Positions 49,601 to 62,857 of a stretch of DNA of 64,000 nt are shown here, piece by piece (the stretch's first letter is position 1; every line of letters starts with the position of its first letter). Source of the stretch: Mobula hypostoma (Eukaryota). The notes below the pieces were generated by a model. It was given only the letters and a program-made list of their open reading frames with translations, was not told the DNA's origin and ran no database searches. Location: NCBI RefSeq assembly GCF_963921235.1, contig NC_086108.1:36706001-36770000 (forward strand), written 5' to 3'. A program made the position numbers and the translations under genes.

Positions 49601-52520
49601 TTGAATATAATTGTCATTCAACAGCGAAAATAATGTATGCTGAAACTTTGGTAGTAGAGCTCTTATTAGTGTGATATACCAATGCATGAAAGGTGTTGAG
49701 GATGCAATAATGCCACCACGGACACTTGCCTGACAACTTTGCTGATATTTTGGAGCATGGATAAGGAACAATGAAATAGTTTGCACGTGAGCAGGAAAAT
49801 GACTTCTAAAAGACGAAAAATTAGAGCAAAGGGATAAGTTGTATTTGCATCATTGTTAAGTAGACATTGATATTGTCAGTCCAGACTGATGAGGAAGACT
49901 GACCAACAATAAACCAGATTGTCTTATTATTCTTTAGTACTTGACTGTGTTATTCAATTGATTAGCAGCATTTATTCTAATATGTTTATTGTTTTTTTGT
50001 GAAAGCCAAGTGTTTAGTTGGTGGTATCTTTTATAGATACAAGGTGGGAAGTGTTATGTCTTTCCTGATTTGTATTGTTACTTTATTTGTAATTACGAAA
50101 TTTCACTGCTTACTTGTGGGCTCACAGCTGTTGTTGATTGCTTATTGTTGTGTTGTTAAGCAATTTGCTTTCGTCATCAGGCTGGTCATTGTACATTTCA
50201 TTTAGTACTTAGAAGCACTTGTTAGAAATTGAAGGAATTTCAATCAATATTTGAATCTGCCTTTTGTTGGAATGTGAAAAGTACTGTTTTTTTTATACCG
50301 GCTCCTTGCATACTGTAATGCGTTAGTGAATAATAAAACCACCTTCAACTACAGCTATACTGTGACTGAAGTTACCTATCTGTGTAGCTTAATAAAAAAG
50401 GAAAAACTCTTGGGTGAGGGGAAAATAGTGAGAATTACTCAAGTAAGGCCTTCTGTACTTTTGGGGAAGCCATGGGATGCACTAATGGCTCTTTTGGTGT
50501 CCAGAATCTACAATATAGTATTGACAAAGGTCAGTCCCTGTTCTCAAGTCAGTCCTGAAAATCTTGATGACTGTTCACATAAGCTACCCAAAAATTTCTT
50601 GTAATAGTTCCTGTGGGAAATCAACACCACATGTGTCAGGTCAGGTGGGGATCTGTACGCAACTTCCAAAACTTTTGCAGCAGTTATGTACTTATGTGGA
50701 AAAAAAATCATGAATCATGTTTGTATTTACAATACCTTACACTATGTGAACATATTAACAATATTGGCCGGTGACCTTAAGTCAAAGCAATTAACACTGT
50801 TTTAGCATGTGTTTATTTGAAATTGGCCTAATTTCTCTGAATAGCAAGGAGCTCTCTATAGACAATTATTGATAATGAGGTACAGAATTTACCAAGGTTG
50901 AATCTGGAATTTTCTTTCCCCTTTTGCCAAACCTGGGACAAATGTTTATGTTCTTCGTAGATGGCAAAGTCTTTCACAGCATGATAATAACTTACATTTC
51001 TGTTGCAGCATGCAATATACAATCCTGATTATTCTGGTTTCCACCAGAGAAGATAATGTAAAGTGTATGACTGAGATTTAAGATGTCCTGAATTGAATGA
51101 CTGAAATATTATTGTGAAATAAATATTGATGACAAGACCAGCTATGTGAGAGTTATATAACCCAATCGAACTTACAGCTCAACAAATAGAGACCATTATT
51201 ATGTTTAAAACTGATTTATATCTTCCTGGAGAATACAAATATAAAAGAAGATTTGTTGGACGTTAGATGGTCCTGAAACATTTCGTTAGTTCAGTGCAAA
51301 TGGAAATTTGTGGAAAGGAGAAAGACTATTTTGTTAACCATTAGCTTGCTAAATGGACCTGTTTGCAAGGCTGTTCTACCAAATTCTTCAAAGTTGAGGC
51401 TGGAAACAAATCAAGAAACTAACTCAAGGATATCCAACCCTGACTGAAATGTCTCTGCTGTACTGTCCGCAGCAAGTTTGAAAAATACTAATGTCACTCA
51501 TGAGGACAAGGTGGATTAAAATGCAAAGGCATGCAGAACTTTATTCGGGTAATTTGCCAAAGCATTATGAAAGCATCCCTAGGATTTAACACACCAGCAA
51601 TGGATGCAATAATATCCCCTCATTACCCTCTGTTCGCCGCTGAAATAAATTTACTACACCATGCTGGTTCAGAATGGTCTCCTGCAGAAAATGGGACTAT
51701 TTGTTATTTAAATTATTCCCGCCTGCCTGGTGAAGATGTGGGACTACTGAGGCCAGTAACAAATATTTTGCCTGATAAGTGATGAGTAAGTTCCTTGTAA
51801 TTAACATGAAAATATGAAAATAATTTGCCAGTAGATGACATCTTAACTACATATTTTTTCAACAATTGGGCAGCAATTCATCTTACAATGGCCTATAGAT
51901 GAAAGTGGCAGTGTTCTGTGAGGATAATTAGATCCACCGCCTACCCCTACTCATGGCTGATTATTTCTGTCCTCTAAAGTCCTGCTTCAGCATTCCGTAG
52001 TGCCAGGAGCCACGTCAGTCCTGGTTTCACTTCATGCTATGCAGCACCACCTAAATGTGACCTGAAGGGTGACTTTGGCTGGCATACTGTCAGGGAGATA
52101 GAGGCAAGTGGGAGATTGCCAATAGCATTAACCTATAGCATGGAAATGCACGCTGAAATGATAAAATATTGATTGATCTCTTGGAAATGCTTCATATCCT
52201 GGCTGTAACAAATGCTTTGAAACAAAACATACACAACACTCTGCTTCAGGCCCACTCTTTTCATCAATTAGTAGCATCACACTTTTTTAGCCATTGAGCT
52301 TTTTTATCAGTTTTGTTCTGTGTTAGTTTATTTTTATGTTGGGTATGATTTTATCTTATGATTTGATTTAAATTTAATGTGATGCTTACTTATATAACCT
52401 AAAATGTAAGGACTGAAAGCTTTGACAGGAAGGTCATTCTGACTTTACATGTCTGACTTTTTTAACCATTCCTTCCCTGTAAATGGATGCAAAGCCGCAA
52501 TGCAAAACAAATCTTCAGAG

Positions 52521-52952
52521 TAGCGGTCCCAATCTTTTGATGGGATCGTGGAAAGGATGTTTCCCATGTTGGGAGAGTCTAGGACAAGAGGGCATAGCCT
52601 CAGGATAGAGGGGCGCCCTTTCAAATCAGAGATGCGGCGAAATTTCTTTAGCCAAAGGGTGGTGAAGTTGTGGAATTTGTTGCCACATGCAGCTGTGGAG
52701 GTCTGGTCATTGGGTGTATTCAAAGCAGAGATTGGTAGGTTCTTGATTGGATATGGCATCAAAGGTTATGGGGAGAAGGCCGGGAACTGGGAGACAAAAA
52801 AAAAGGATCAGCCATGATTGAATGGCGAAGCAGACGCAATGGGCCAGATGGCCTAATCCTGTTCCTATGTCTTATGGACTTATGGTCTTTTTTATGCATT
52901 GGACTAATACCATTAAGCAAGGGATCCATGGACCCCAGGTTGAGAATCACTG
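52521..52952. mobile_element. Short hAT-like MITE split by a CR1 3' fragment (~52540-52887, +)
   Basis: Termini TAGCGGTCCCAATC and GGTTGAGAATCACTG are approximate inverted repeats; no TSD recoverable. The CR1 part (MRRNFFSQRVVKLWNLLP, CTTATGG tail) is clear. Confidence 0.55.
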
Positions 52953-55044
52953 CAAGAAGATTTTAATAAGGTGGTGGAGAGTAGACATTTTGAATGTTTG
53001 AAGTTCATGAGGAGGAGAAATATGTACAGAGATCCAGATGTCTGGTCCAGTGACATTAAAGGAACCGTAATGTATACCCATGCCAGCTGTGGTGTATGAC
53101 ATAGAGATCTGCTGCTGTTGAACTTCCAAGCAGTAGGTAGTGCAAGTTAAGGGAATGTGACAAAGAAATCTAGGTGACTTATTGCTGTATATCCTAATGT
53201 AGGACACTGTAACCACTGTACGCTAGTGTTGAGGAGGAATATGTCTAAGCTGATCAAGGCAACTGCTTTGTCATGAAAAATGCAAGGGCTAGGGAAATAC
53301 ACAATGCGTTGCTACTTCACTAAAACTTATGTTTACCGGAAGGCACAAGTGTCAACCCAATGTATGTCCGCAGCTTCGCTACAGATCTTGGTAAGTGTAA
53401 GGTAAGCAATTTTTTTTGATTTCTTTGAAGAATATGATGAAGAAAACTTAGTTGTTAAAGAAAAAGGGCCACAGTTAGTGCTGAGGACTCTCAAGTGGAA
53501 CGTCAAGAGTATTAACCTGAAGTTCAGTAAAATTGAAATAAACGAGAAAAGCTTGAGGCGTGAAATTTTGAATGGTTGACTTTAAATAACTGTAAGAACC
53601 TACACATTTGCTTTCAAAATAATTTTTGATGCATTTGAGTGCGTAATTGATAATGAGAGCTGAAAATAAATTAATCACAACAGAAAGTCTATTAATCAGA
53701 GCATCAATTTGACTTAAAGTTGCTGAAAAAAATATCTTCCAAGAAAAACATGAACCCACCTTTTGTTTTGAGGTATACGGTAATTAGATTCTTAGTAAAT
53801 TGAAATATGGAAAAGCTTTCAATGTTGACCTACTGGTTCCCTTGCAGAGAACCAAATGATGCAGCTAAAATTTTGGAGCCTCTTGTCAATATTGAATTCA
53901 CCCTGAGGTTACAGATAATGGTGTAGAATCAGTTTGCTCTTGGTATAAATATCCCAAGCTGGGCTAAATTTAAAATGCACTTAAAATTCTGTAATCTGCT
54001 GCACCAGTTAAACTGACTTTGGTGCAATTAACTGAATAAACCTTTGAGGGTCGGTTGAAACAACAGACCAGGAGAGCTTTCTTTTTCAGGTTAATGACCC
54101 AGAAAAATGTGTGTTTTCACTAGAATTCCCTAGCTCTTGTTTTGTGCAAGAGCAGAACAGAAAGACCTATTAACAGGAAGGCTAAGTAAGTATGGGAGAG
54201 TGGAAAAGTAAAGATGAATTTATTGGCACCAAGGAAAGAAGGACAGTGTGTTTTGCTAATTTCAGAAAACTAAGTTTTAAGAAGTTCAAGACTGAACTTC
54301 TTAAATGGAATGCAGAGGGGGAGGACTACAAGCTGGAAGGTGAAAAGTATCATTCCCTCTAATTTTTTTTTACAGCTGAGTGGACCAACCATAGTTCTGA
54401 ACAGAAATTTTTACACAGTCTGAAAACTGTGAGGAACTTTAAATAACTTTTTTTTGTAATATGCATATTATGAATATTTAGAATAAAATCTGAAAAAAAT
54501 CATAGACTTTTGGTTACTTACTAATAAGTCAGAATATAGAATATTTTTTGCATCTAGAAACAGAAACCACAACTAATAACACAAGTAAATAATGTCAGGC
54601 AGTCAAAACAACAGACAGACACAATAGCAAAAGTAAAATGTTCTGACTAGGCAGTGTTGGCGTTCAGTGGGCTGCCGGTTTATTAACAATGAGCTATCGA
54701 CTTCCATTCTGTGTTTATTTTACAACTTATAAAAGTGTATATTGTTACAACTTGAAACTCTGACAATGTAAATACGTTGAAAAGCTAAAATGTTTCAAAG
54801 TAAAGGTTGTGGTATGTTTATTATTTAGAAATTTTATGGATTATATTCATTAACATAATTAATTACAGGGTGTTTCACAATTATGTTAATATAGCTTTTG
54901 AAATTACATTAACATTATTTCAACATTATATGAATACTATATTAAAGAAAATTGCAGCTGTGTGGTTACAAAGGCTTTGTGCAAGGAATTATTTCAGTTA
55001 CTCTGTAGCCTCATACCCACCCAGTTTAGAGGGAACAGTGGTGA

Positions 55045-55285
55045 TAGATGAAGCCAGGTGGGTGGGGGATGGGGGGATGAAGTAAGAAGCTGGGAGGTAA
55101 TAGACGGAAAAAATAAAGGGCTGAGGAAGAAGAAATATGATTGGAGAAGAAAGAGGACCATTCCAGCTTCCACCCTTCCTTTCCAATCTTGAAGAAAGGT
55201 CTGGTCCTGAAATATCGACTGTTCATTTATTTCCAGAGATGCTGCCTGACCTGCTGAGTTCCTCCAGCATTTTGTATGTGTTTCT
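55045..55285. mobile_element. Short head-to-head Penelope composite (- 55045-55165, + 55170-55285)
   Basis: Purine-rich reverse UTR followed by a forward terminal repeat with decayed hammerhead TCTTGAAGAAAGGTCTGGTCCTGAAATATCGACT. Confidence 0.7.
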
Positions 55286-56194
55286 CTATTTTTGAAGCTG
55301 TCTATGATGATAGCAATCAGATGTGATTATATTAAACTCACTTCTTGCTTCTTCAAAATTTTCTTGTTTCCTAACTGAGTTGTTGAAAGGTTGACATCAT
55401 TCAACTAACATACAGTACACGTCCTTGGTATGCATTCCTTTCTTGAACAATAGTGTATCCATTTAATAGTTTTTCCTGCTGGTGGTCACCTTATTCAACT
55501 ATCCTTTGTGGTATTCATTCCCCTGTATAGCTCTGAGATGAGATGCATAGCTGTGAACTGACAGACAATCTTGAGTATTTCTAGCAACAAGGTGTAGGTC
55601 ACCCATTGAGCTTGTGGGTGGATGAGTATCAGTTTGGTTAACCTATACACCAGCCTGTAGGTCAAAATGATGTCAGTTTGTATCTGATACTGGAGCTCAG
55701 AGCTTAGACTGATACACTTGTTCTGAGTAGATTATTCTGATGGATAGACCATCCTGCAGAGAAATCTGCCTTTTCAGTTGGGCGAAAAAGTTGCTTCAGC
55801 AGGAATGTCTTTCTCCCCTCAGCCAATAACACTTAGGAAAAATATCGTAGGTAATTTGTCTTCTTCTGACATTTTTAGAGTGTTGATACTTTAGAGGAAT
55901 TGAGGAATATGTCTACATAATAGCAATCACTGCCCTTGCACAAATGATGAATTGGCTAAGGTTGACAGAGACATTTTGACAATATGACTAAGGCATATAA
56001 TCAGTTATTTTTATTTACCACCATAGTCAGGTTGAACTATTGACAATCAGATAGAAGTGTTCCACAGTGCTCTAGTAAGATTTCAATATTAAAAAATATA
56101 TTATTGCTTTTTAATAATCATGCAGTGACAAAGATTTGTGATTATAGTATTATTTTACAAAGGATTATTTCTATTTATATTAACATAAAAATTG

Positions 56195-56627
56195 TGTCTT
56201 CCAAGACTCCTTGGTATTGATTGCTTCCAGCCAGAGTGGGATGCCAGAGAACATTGGGCTCTGAGGTTTTGAGAGCATCTGAATTGGTTAATTGCTGATT
56301 AATGACAGTTGTTAATCAATAAAAGTTCCTTGTGTTTCTCGAGTGATTTGCTTGTTGTAATGCAATCTCCTGGTGCCTTCCGTTTAAGCATATTAAGATT
56401 ATTTTGATAGACTTAGGGATTGCGTGTTACTTGTATTAGTTAAGCAGATGCCTGATTAGCATTAATCGCAGGGTCCTAGTTTTGAGAATCATACTTCTGA
56501 TAGTGTCTCTCGGCGGAACACCAATGTTCTTTTGGAATTATTATGAATAAGCTTTCGTCACCATCTCTACATCAGTCTGTCTTTCCACCGCATTTGGGTT
56601 CTGATATTGCCAGTGCACGTCGTGACA
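56195..56627 (+). mobile_element. Probable old solo LTR
   Basis: 3' end GCATTTGGGTTC..CGTGACA resembles the ends of the other LTRs here; TCTTC at 56197-56201 and 56628-56632; 5' TG terminus unclear. Confidence 0.5.
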
Positions 56628-58807
56628 TCTTCTTTAACAATTCTTTCAAGTAAATCAACATTGCTCCTACCTTTGTCAATACTATGATTAAGGAAATAAT
56701 GACATAATTAACAGAGTTGGTGGGTTTGGAGGGGATGAGAAGAAATTTGAATTTACACCACCAGTTTAGAGTTGCTTCAGATACTGTAATTTTACCTTGG
56801 GACCATTATTTTAGCTCCATTTCACTGTTAAGCAAAATAATTTTGCAGAAGTATTCAACCAACAAATAAAAATAGTCAATAGAGAAGCTGAAATTTTTAG
56901 TTAGGTTTTAATTGTATTTTAATTGGTTTACAGTATAATTTCCTCTTTTTGTATGTGTAGCAATGATTCACTTTCCCAAAATGGGCCTAGCCCAGTTAGA
57001 CAATTTGCTCAGTACACAGAAGTTGGTCTGAAGGGCTGGTTTATGTGTTGTACATCTCTGTGACTCTAGGGTACCTACAAGTTGGATAGTGGACAGGAGT
57101 GGGGTGGGGGTGGGGTAGTGTTAAGCAACAGGGATCAAACTGAAGTTTCACATCTTGTGGGCGAAACCTGGAAGAATACTAATCTACTGTGACAAATTCA
57201 ATCCTACGGCTAAACTACACAATCCTGGCCATTGTTAGCAATTGACTAGCCTGTTTATGTCCTTAGTAACTGTTGCACAAGTCCTGATTTCTAATTCCAA
57301 GTATCCAGCTAACCCTTTAAACTCTACATCTAATTGACCTGGCTGGTCTAACAATTTGAACATGTGCCAATAAATTGCACAATTTATTTATTTTTTACAC
57401 TGATGCACACTAGCAACCACCAGAACACTGGTGTGTATACTGGCACAAGAGTAGTTAATGATATTGCATGTGCCCCTATTAGGTACGGATTTCTCAATAG
57501 CTTGACCTGGAGTTTTGTATACAAAATTAAGTAGATACCATACACTAGAGGTGTTACCTCACTACAAGAAAGTCATATTGCAGAAAGCCAATGGCATATT
57601 GGAGACTCCAGCTGAAACTACTGAGATCCAAAGTAATCCCCTCAATGTATGTGTGCAATGAAGGGGAAGTTTAAACACTAATGGGCAGGATATCTTGAAG
57701 CTGGGTCAGCAATAATATCTATAACTGTAACTGCTGGCACATTCCATTAATCTCTACTTGGATGTCTGGTAGTTCTGCAATCCCACACAACTTGCCTTCT
57801 TCACTCCCTTCCAAGGCCACTGTGGCTGTCAATAATTATATGTTTATTTATTATTTACTTAAAGATACAATGCAGAATAGGCCCTCCGAGCCACACTGCT
57901 CAGCAATCCCTTACAACTCTGATTTAACCCAAACCTAATGATTTGACAATCCTGGCTCTACCAACCTGCATCAGCTAATCTGTGAATCTACTAGTTGTCG
58001 AGTATTCGAATGATTTAGAGAGCAGTTTCTTGCATTGGCCACAATTTAACATTTGCCTTTTTAAAAAAAATACAAAAAGTCCTGTTGATTTTGTACAGGG
58101 TCTCTGTTGCATGCAAGAAGATCTATCACCACATTGCTCACTCCATATCTGAGTTCTCCAGGGAAGGTTTTACTTGCACACACCAAATGCTTGGAGGTGA
58201 GACAGTGAAGCTAGGTCAAAGTGGGATAATGTCAACTACAGACCAGAGATTCCTCAGTGAATACCCTCATTGCTTGTGAACAATGCTTTATTTCCCTCTG
58301 GGTGGACATTCATAAAGGTCCAGTCAGTTCTGGTTGTTGCATGTACAACTGGGTAACAGACCACACGCTCACTGCAGTGTAGCAGTGTGGTTGGGACTGC
58401 CAACATCTGGTAGAGCTGGTGAGTCTGAGAATCAGGACTTTCGGTCTCTTAAGCTATCCAAGGATGTGGCTGGCTGTTTACGGTTGGAAGCAAACTGCGA
58501 GAAGCAGGTCTTCTATCAGAAGAAAACATCTGGGGCATGCTGATGGAGACAGCATACCAAATCAAAATGCTTGCTGATCAACCGAAGAGACAGTTCTTTA
58601 TTTGGGCTTCTGTGTATGAACTGACACTCTGGGTTCAGCTAGCTAAAACCTGCAATGTGTTAGGCTGGAGAGTCCCCCCTCATTAGAAAATCAAAATGAA
58701 CAAGTTTGAACTATTCTTAGATGGTTCGTAGATCTCTGCAACCATGCACTTCTCATATGAACTCCAATATTGTGTAGGTACCTTGTTGTCATCCTCCTGA
58801 CAAATAC

Positions 58808-58811
<4 letters not shown>

Positions 58812-58848
<37 letters not shown>
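58812..58848. repeat. (AT)n microsatellite
   Basis: Direct reading. Confidence 0.98.
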
Positions 58849-58851
<3 letters not shown>

Positions 58852-59519
58852 TGCTTTTGCTTTTCCCAGTATGTGTTTGAAAGAAGTAAATCTGGTTCAA
58901 TTTTTCCCAATGTTACTTCATTCCATCAGTTGGTCATTCATAGTTATTAGCTAAGTCCACATACAGTTGATGGTAAAATTATAAATATCAAAGTGGATTC
59001 AGAGTCCTGAAACAGATCAAACTGCTTCTTCCGTTGACATTTACTCAAAAAGGCTCAGGGGTGGTAAAATTACCGAGTAGTTACAAATCTCTCTATATGT
59101 TAAAGCTATAGTTTTTATGAACTGGAGGAGCTTATGTTGTGTTACTCTTCAGAAAGGGCACAAACCAGAGCTCTAACTTCGTACATCCATAAATCTGACA
59201 TCAGTTATTGCAATGTTGTTAGAAGGAATCATTAGGAAAGCTCAATGAGTGTTCATGACAGAGGAGTTACGAAAGTCTTAAAACAGTTTTAGAAAAAAAA
59301 TCATGCCTTTCCACTTGGTTGTATTCTTCTAGGGTGTTGACAGATAAATGTAGTCTTGCATGTAATATAAATTTGGGTTTAAATAAAATTTTTGATGCAG
59401 CGACAATTATAAATGGCTATACTATGTAAATTAAAGTCCTATGGGATTGTAAGGCAGGTTCCCGGCTGGATTTGCACTTCTGAACGCTCACTGATGCCAA
59501 GTTGTCAGTGAAAGCAATA

Positions 59520-59640
59520 GCTTCACATGGAGACCAATTACTAATGAAGTCCCATAAGGATCTTTGCTGGGCCATTGCTCTCTGTGATCTATATTGATGA
59601 CAGAATGAAGATGTCGGCAATAGTCTGCTCAAGTTTGCAC
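59520..59640 (+). mobile_element. Ancient CR1 RT remnant
   Basis: WRPITNEVP*GSL(L)GPLLSVIYIDD..KFA, equivalent to [23 protein letters not shown]. Confidence 0.7.
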
Positions 59641-60693
59641 TTGGAGATAAAGGTAAGCGCTGGAACCTAGAACGTTTGATTGTTAAATAGGTTTAGAGGG
59701 GAATAAGTCATCGAATTAATTTTTAATCTTTAATTATTTTCTGTTATAGGAATTTCAGTCATTTGGATCTCTGCTATAAAGACAAGTTTGTTATCATGAT
59801 TATTTGAGTGAAATAGTTCAAACAATGATAAAAGCAGTGTCGTGCCCTTTAGTACATGTTATTCCAGTTGGCTAAGCTCGGTAGAATGCATTCTAAAGTT
59901 CTTTCTTTCAGAGGAGAATCATAATTTTGGAGTATGTCAGTGAATGCATATTCACCGCATGCTTGAATAGTATTAGAACAAAAGGCTAATATCAGTATTT
60001 ATAGAAGTTAGCTGGGATATTGGCCACTTTTTAGCTCCCGCAGCTCATCTCTGATCATTTTCATAAATCAGTGATAAATTTCCCAGATTTCCTTTTTGCC
60101 CAAATTTTCCAAGAACTATTCTTTCTCAGTTGTTTTATCTTCTCTTTATGTTATCAGTGCTCATGAGTGGGAAACACTAAGTATCGCATTGCCCAGTTAC
60201 AACATGACTGAATGGGACAGAATCAATGGAGCAACTGATTGTTCCTGTCGATCATTTAGGCATGTCTGCGGGCTCCAGTAATTTGCATCTGGTTAGCTTA
60301 CTTTATTCAGAAACTTGGTGTGATTCTTTACTCCAAGATTGTTATGTACAAGGAAAATAAAGCAAATTAGCTGCCTTCAGATTTAATTTTCCCCATATCA
60401 ATTTCTTTTAAGTGTTGCCACTTAATAGCATTATTACGGATTCCTTCCATCACTTTGCTGGAGATTGAGAAAAGCCTGTTGTAATCAGTAGAACTGGATT
60501 GAACCTTTTTATGGAGAGGATTTTATTCTATTTTGTAGGTAGGTATTATCTTCTATGATGAAGTCCTCCTGCTGGCTGTGAACTCAGTATTGGCCAAATC
60601 CAATATGGTATGCACCATTTGCTCTGTGAAGGGAATGAAATGCAGTGACATTTGCTCTCTGTCACGTTGTTGCTACTGCTTGTAATTGCACTC

Positions 60694-60857
60694 TGGCTGG
60701 TGGCGTAGTGGCATCTGCACTGGCCTTCAAGGCGAGTAGTACCGAGTTTGAATCCGGCCGGCTGCTTGCACGCTTTCCATTCGTGCTGGGTTGAGCGTCG
60801 AGCTAGCAACTCGGCCTTGTGAAAAAAAACCTGACAAAAATGCTAAAGAAATGGCAT
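60694..60857 (+). mobile_element. tRNA-derived SINE
   Basis: A box TGGCGTAGTGG, B-box-like GTTTGAATCC, body GGGTTGAGCGTCGAGCTAGCAACTCGGCC. Confidence 0.8.
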
Positions 60858-62555
60858 AAGAACATATGACAATAAGATATGGGAGCAGAATTAGGCCATT
60901 TCCTAACCACTGATGTCAAACTGACTGGCCTGTAGTTTCCTTTCTTCTGTCTTTCTCCCTTCTTGAAGAGGGAGTGACATTAGCAGTTTTCAGTCTTCTG
61001 GAACCATTCCAGAATCTTGAAAGATCATTACTAACGCCTCCACAATCTCTTCAGCCACCTCTTTCAGAACACCGGGATGGATACCATCTGGTCCAGGTGA
61101 CATCTCCCTTCAGACCTTTCAGTTTCCCAAGAACCTTCTTTCTAGTAATGGTAGCTTCACACACCTCATAACCTCTGATACCTGGAACTTACACTAAACT
61201 GCTGGTGTCTTCCTCAGTGAAGACTGATGCAATGCACTTATTCAGTTTGTCTACCGTTCCCTTGTCCCCTATTACTGCGTCTTCAGCATTGTTCTCCAGT
61301 GGTCTGATACCCACTCTCGCCTTTCTTTTACATTTTATGTACTGTATCTGAAGGGACTTCTGGCATCTTCTTTAATACTATTGACTAGCTTACTTTCATA
61401 TTCCATATTTACTTTAATAATTTTTCTTGTCTTCTGTTGGTTTTTAACAACTTCTCAATCCTCTAACTTTCCACAATTTTTTTAACACTATTATATGGCC
61501 CCTCTTTGGCTTTTATGTTGGCTTTGACTTCTCTTGTTAACCACGTTGTGTCATCTTGCCTTAGGATGTATATAACCTGTACCTACCGAATTGCTTCCCA
61601 AAATTCCTGCCACTGCTGCTTTGCTGTCAGCCCTGCTAGTGTTCTTTTCCAATGAATTCTGGCCAACTCCTCTCTCATGCCTCTGTAATTCCCTTTACTC
61701 CACTGTAATACTGATACATCTGACTTTAGCTCCTTCTCAAATTTCAGGGTGAATTCGATCATATTATGATCACTTGCTCCTAAGGGTTCTTTTACTTTAA
61801 GCTCTCTAATCAATTCTGGTTTATTACACAGCACTCAATCCACTATAGCTGATCCTCTAGTGGACTCAACCATGAGCTGCTCTTAAAAAGCCATCTCATA
61901 GGCATTTTAGAAACTTCCCCTCCTGGAATCCAGCACCAACCTAATTTTTCCAATCTACCTGCATATTGAAATCTCCCTTGACTATTGTAACATTGCCATT
62001 TTGGCATACGTTTCTGTCTCCCATTGTAATTTGTATACCATATCCTTACTACTGTTTCGGGGTCTGTATACGTCTCCCATGAGAGTCTTCTTACCCTTGC
62101 CGGTCCATCGCTCTATCCAGAATGATTCAAAACCTTCCAACCCTATGTCACCTCTTTCTAAAGAGCTGATTTTATTTTTACCAACAGAGCAAAGTCACCC
62201 CCTCTGCCTCACTGCCTGTCCTTTCAATACAATGTATATCTTTGGCCATTAATCTCCCAGCTATAATCTTCTTTCAACCATGATTCAGTGATGGCCAGAA
62301 CATCATACCTGCCAATCTGTAACTGTGCTACAAGTTTATCTACCTTATTCCGTATACTATACGCATTCAAATATAATAGTCCTGTACTCTCCCTTTTTGA
62401 CTTTGTCTACCTTTTATGTTGCTGCTCATCCTGCTGACTGTAATTTTGCCCTATCAACAGCCTTTCCTCACTACACATTGTCTCTACTTGTAAACCAGCT
62501 ATCTCATCTTCAGTACTACCATCCACCTTTCCTATGATACTTCTTGCATTGAAAT
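60858..62555 (-). mobile_element. CR1 LINE ORF2 fragments with large internal deletions
   Basis: KEPLGASDHNMIEF..KGNYRGMREELARIHW (endonuclease C-terminus); 3' tail at ~60860-60900. Confidence 0.9.
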
Positions 62556-62857
62556 TGTGGCAGGATGATTTGGAGCCAAATGCTGGAGCAACCGAAGGAT
62601 CGAGACATGGTATCGAAACAGATCAAGAACTGAGCACAAAACAAATGTTGGACGATATCATTAGTAGGGTTAAAGATTGAGCACCAAACCTCAGTTCAGG
62701 TGCTCTTTAAATTCTCAATTCTTGACACCCAAAACATAATTGCCAATTAGTGGGATCGTCCTCAACCCTTAAAGAGGCCGTGCCAGCTATCCATACTCTG
62801 GAGAGTTAGAGTGTTTAAATCCCGGAGGCTAGCATGGTTGGTGTGCGTGTCATAACA
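62556..62857 (-). mobile_element. 3' LTR of the Gypsy element
   Basis: Minus strand TGTTATGAC...GCCACA, directly preceded by the polypurine tract AGGGGAGGGGTTCC (62858-62871). Confidence 0.8.

Noticed and set aside
59604..59658. Apparent exon GACAG|AATGAAG...GATAAAG|GTAAGC (NEDVGNSLLKFALGDK)
   Set aside because: It lies in an ancient CR1 RT remnant (GPLLSVIYIDD..KFA) and lacks a polypyrimidine tract.
60521..60546. Second AG|GT junction (TTTTGTAG|GTAGGT)
   Set aside because: Weaker donor, A-interrupted pyrimidine tract and no clear branch motif; expected by chance in AT-rich DNA.
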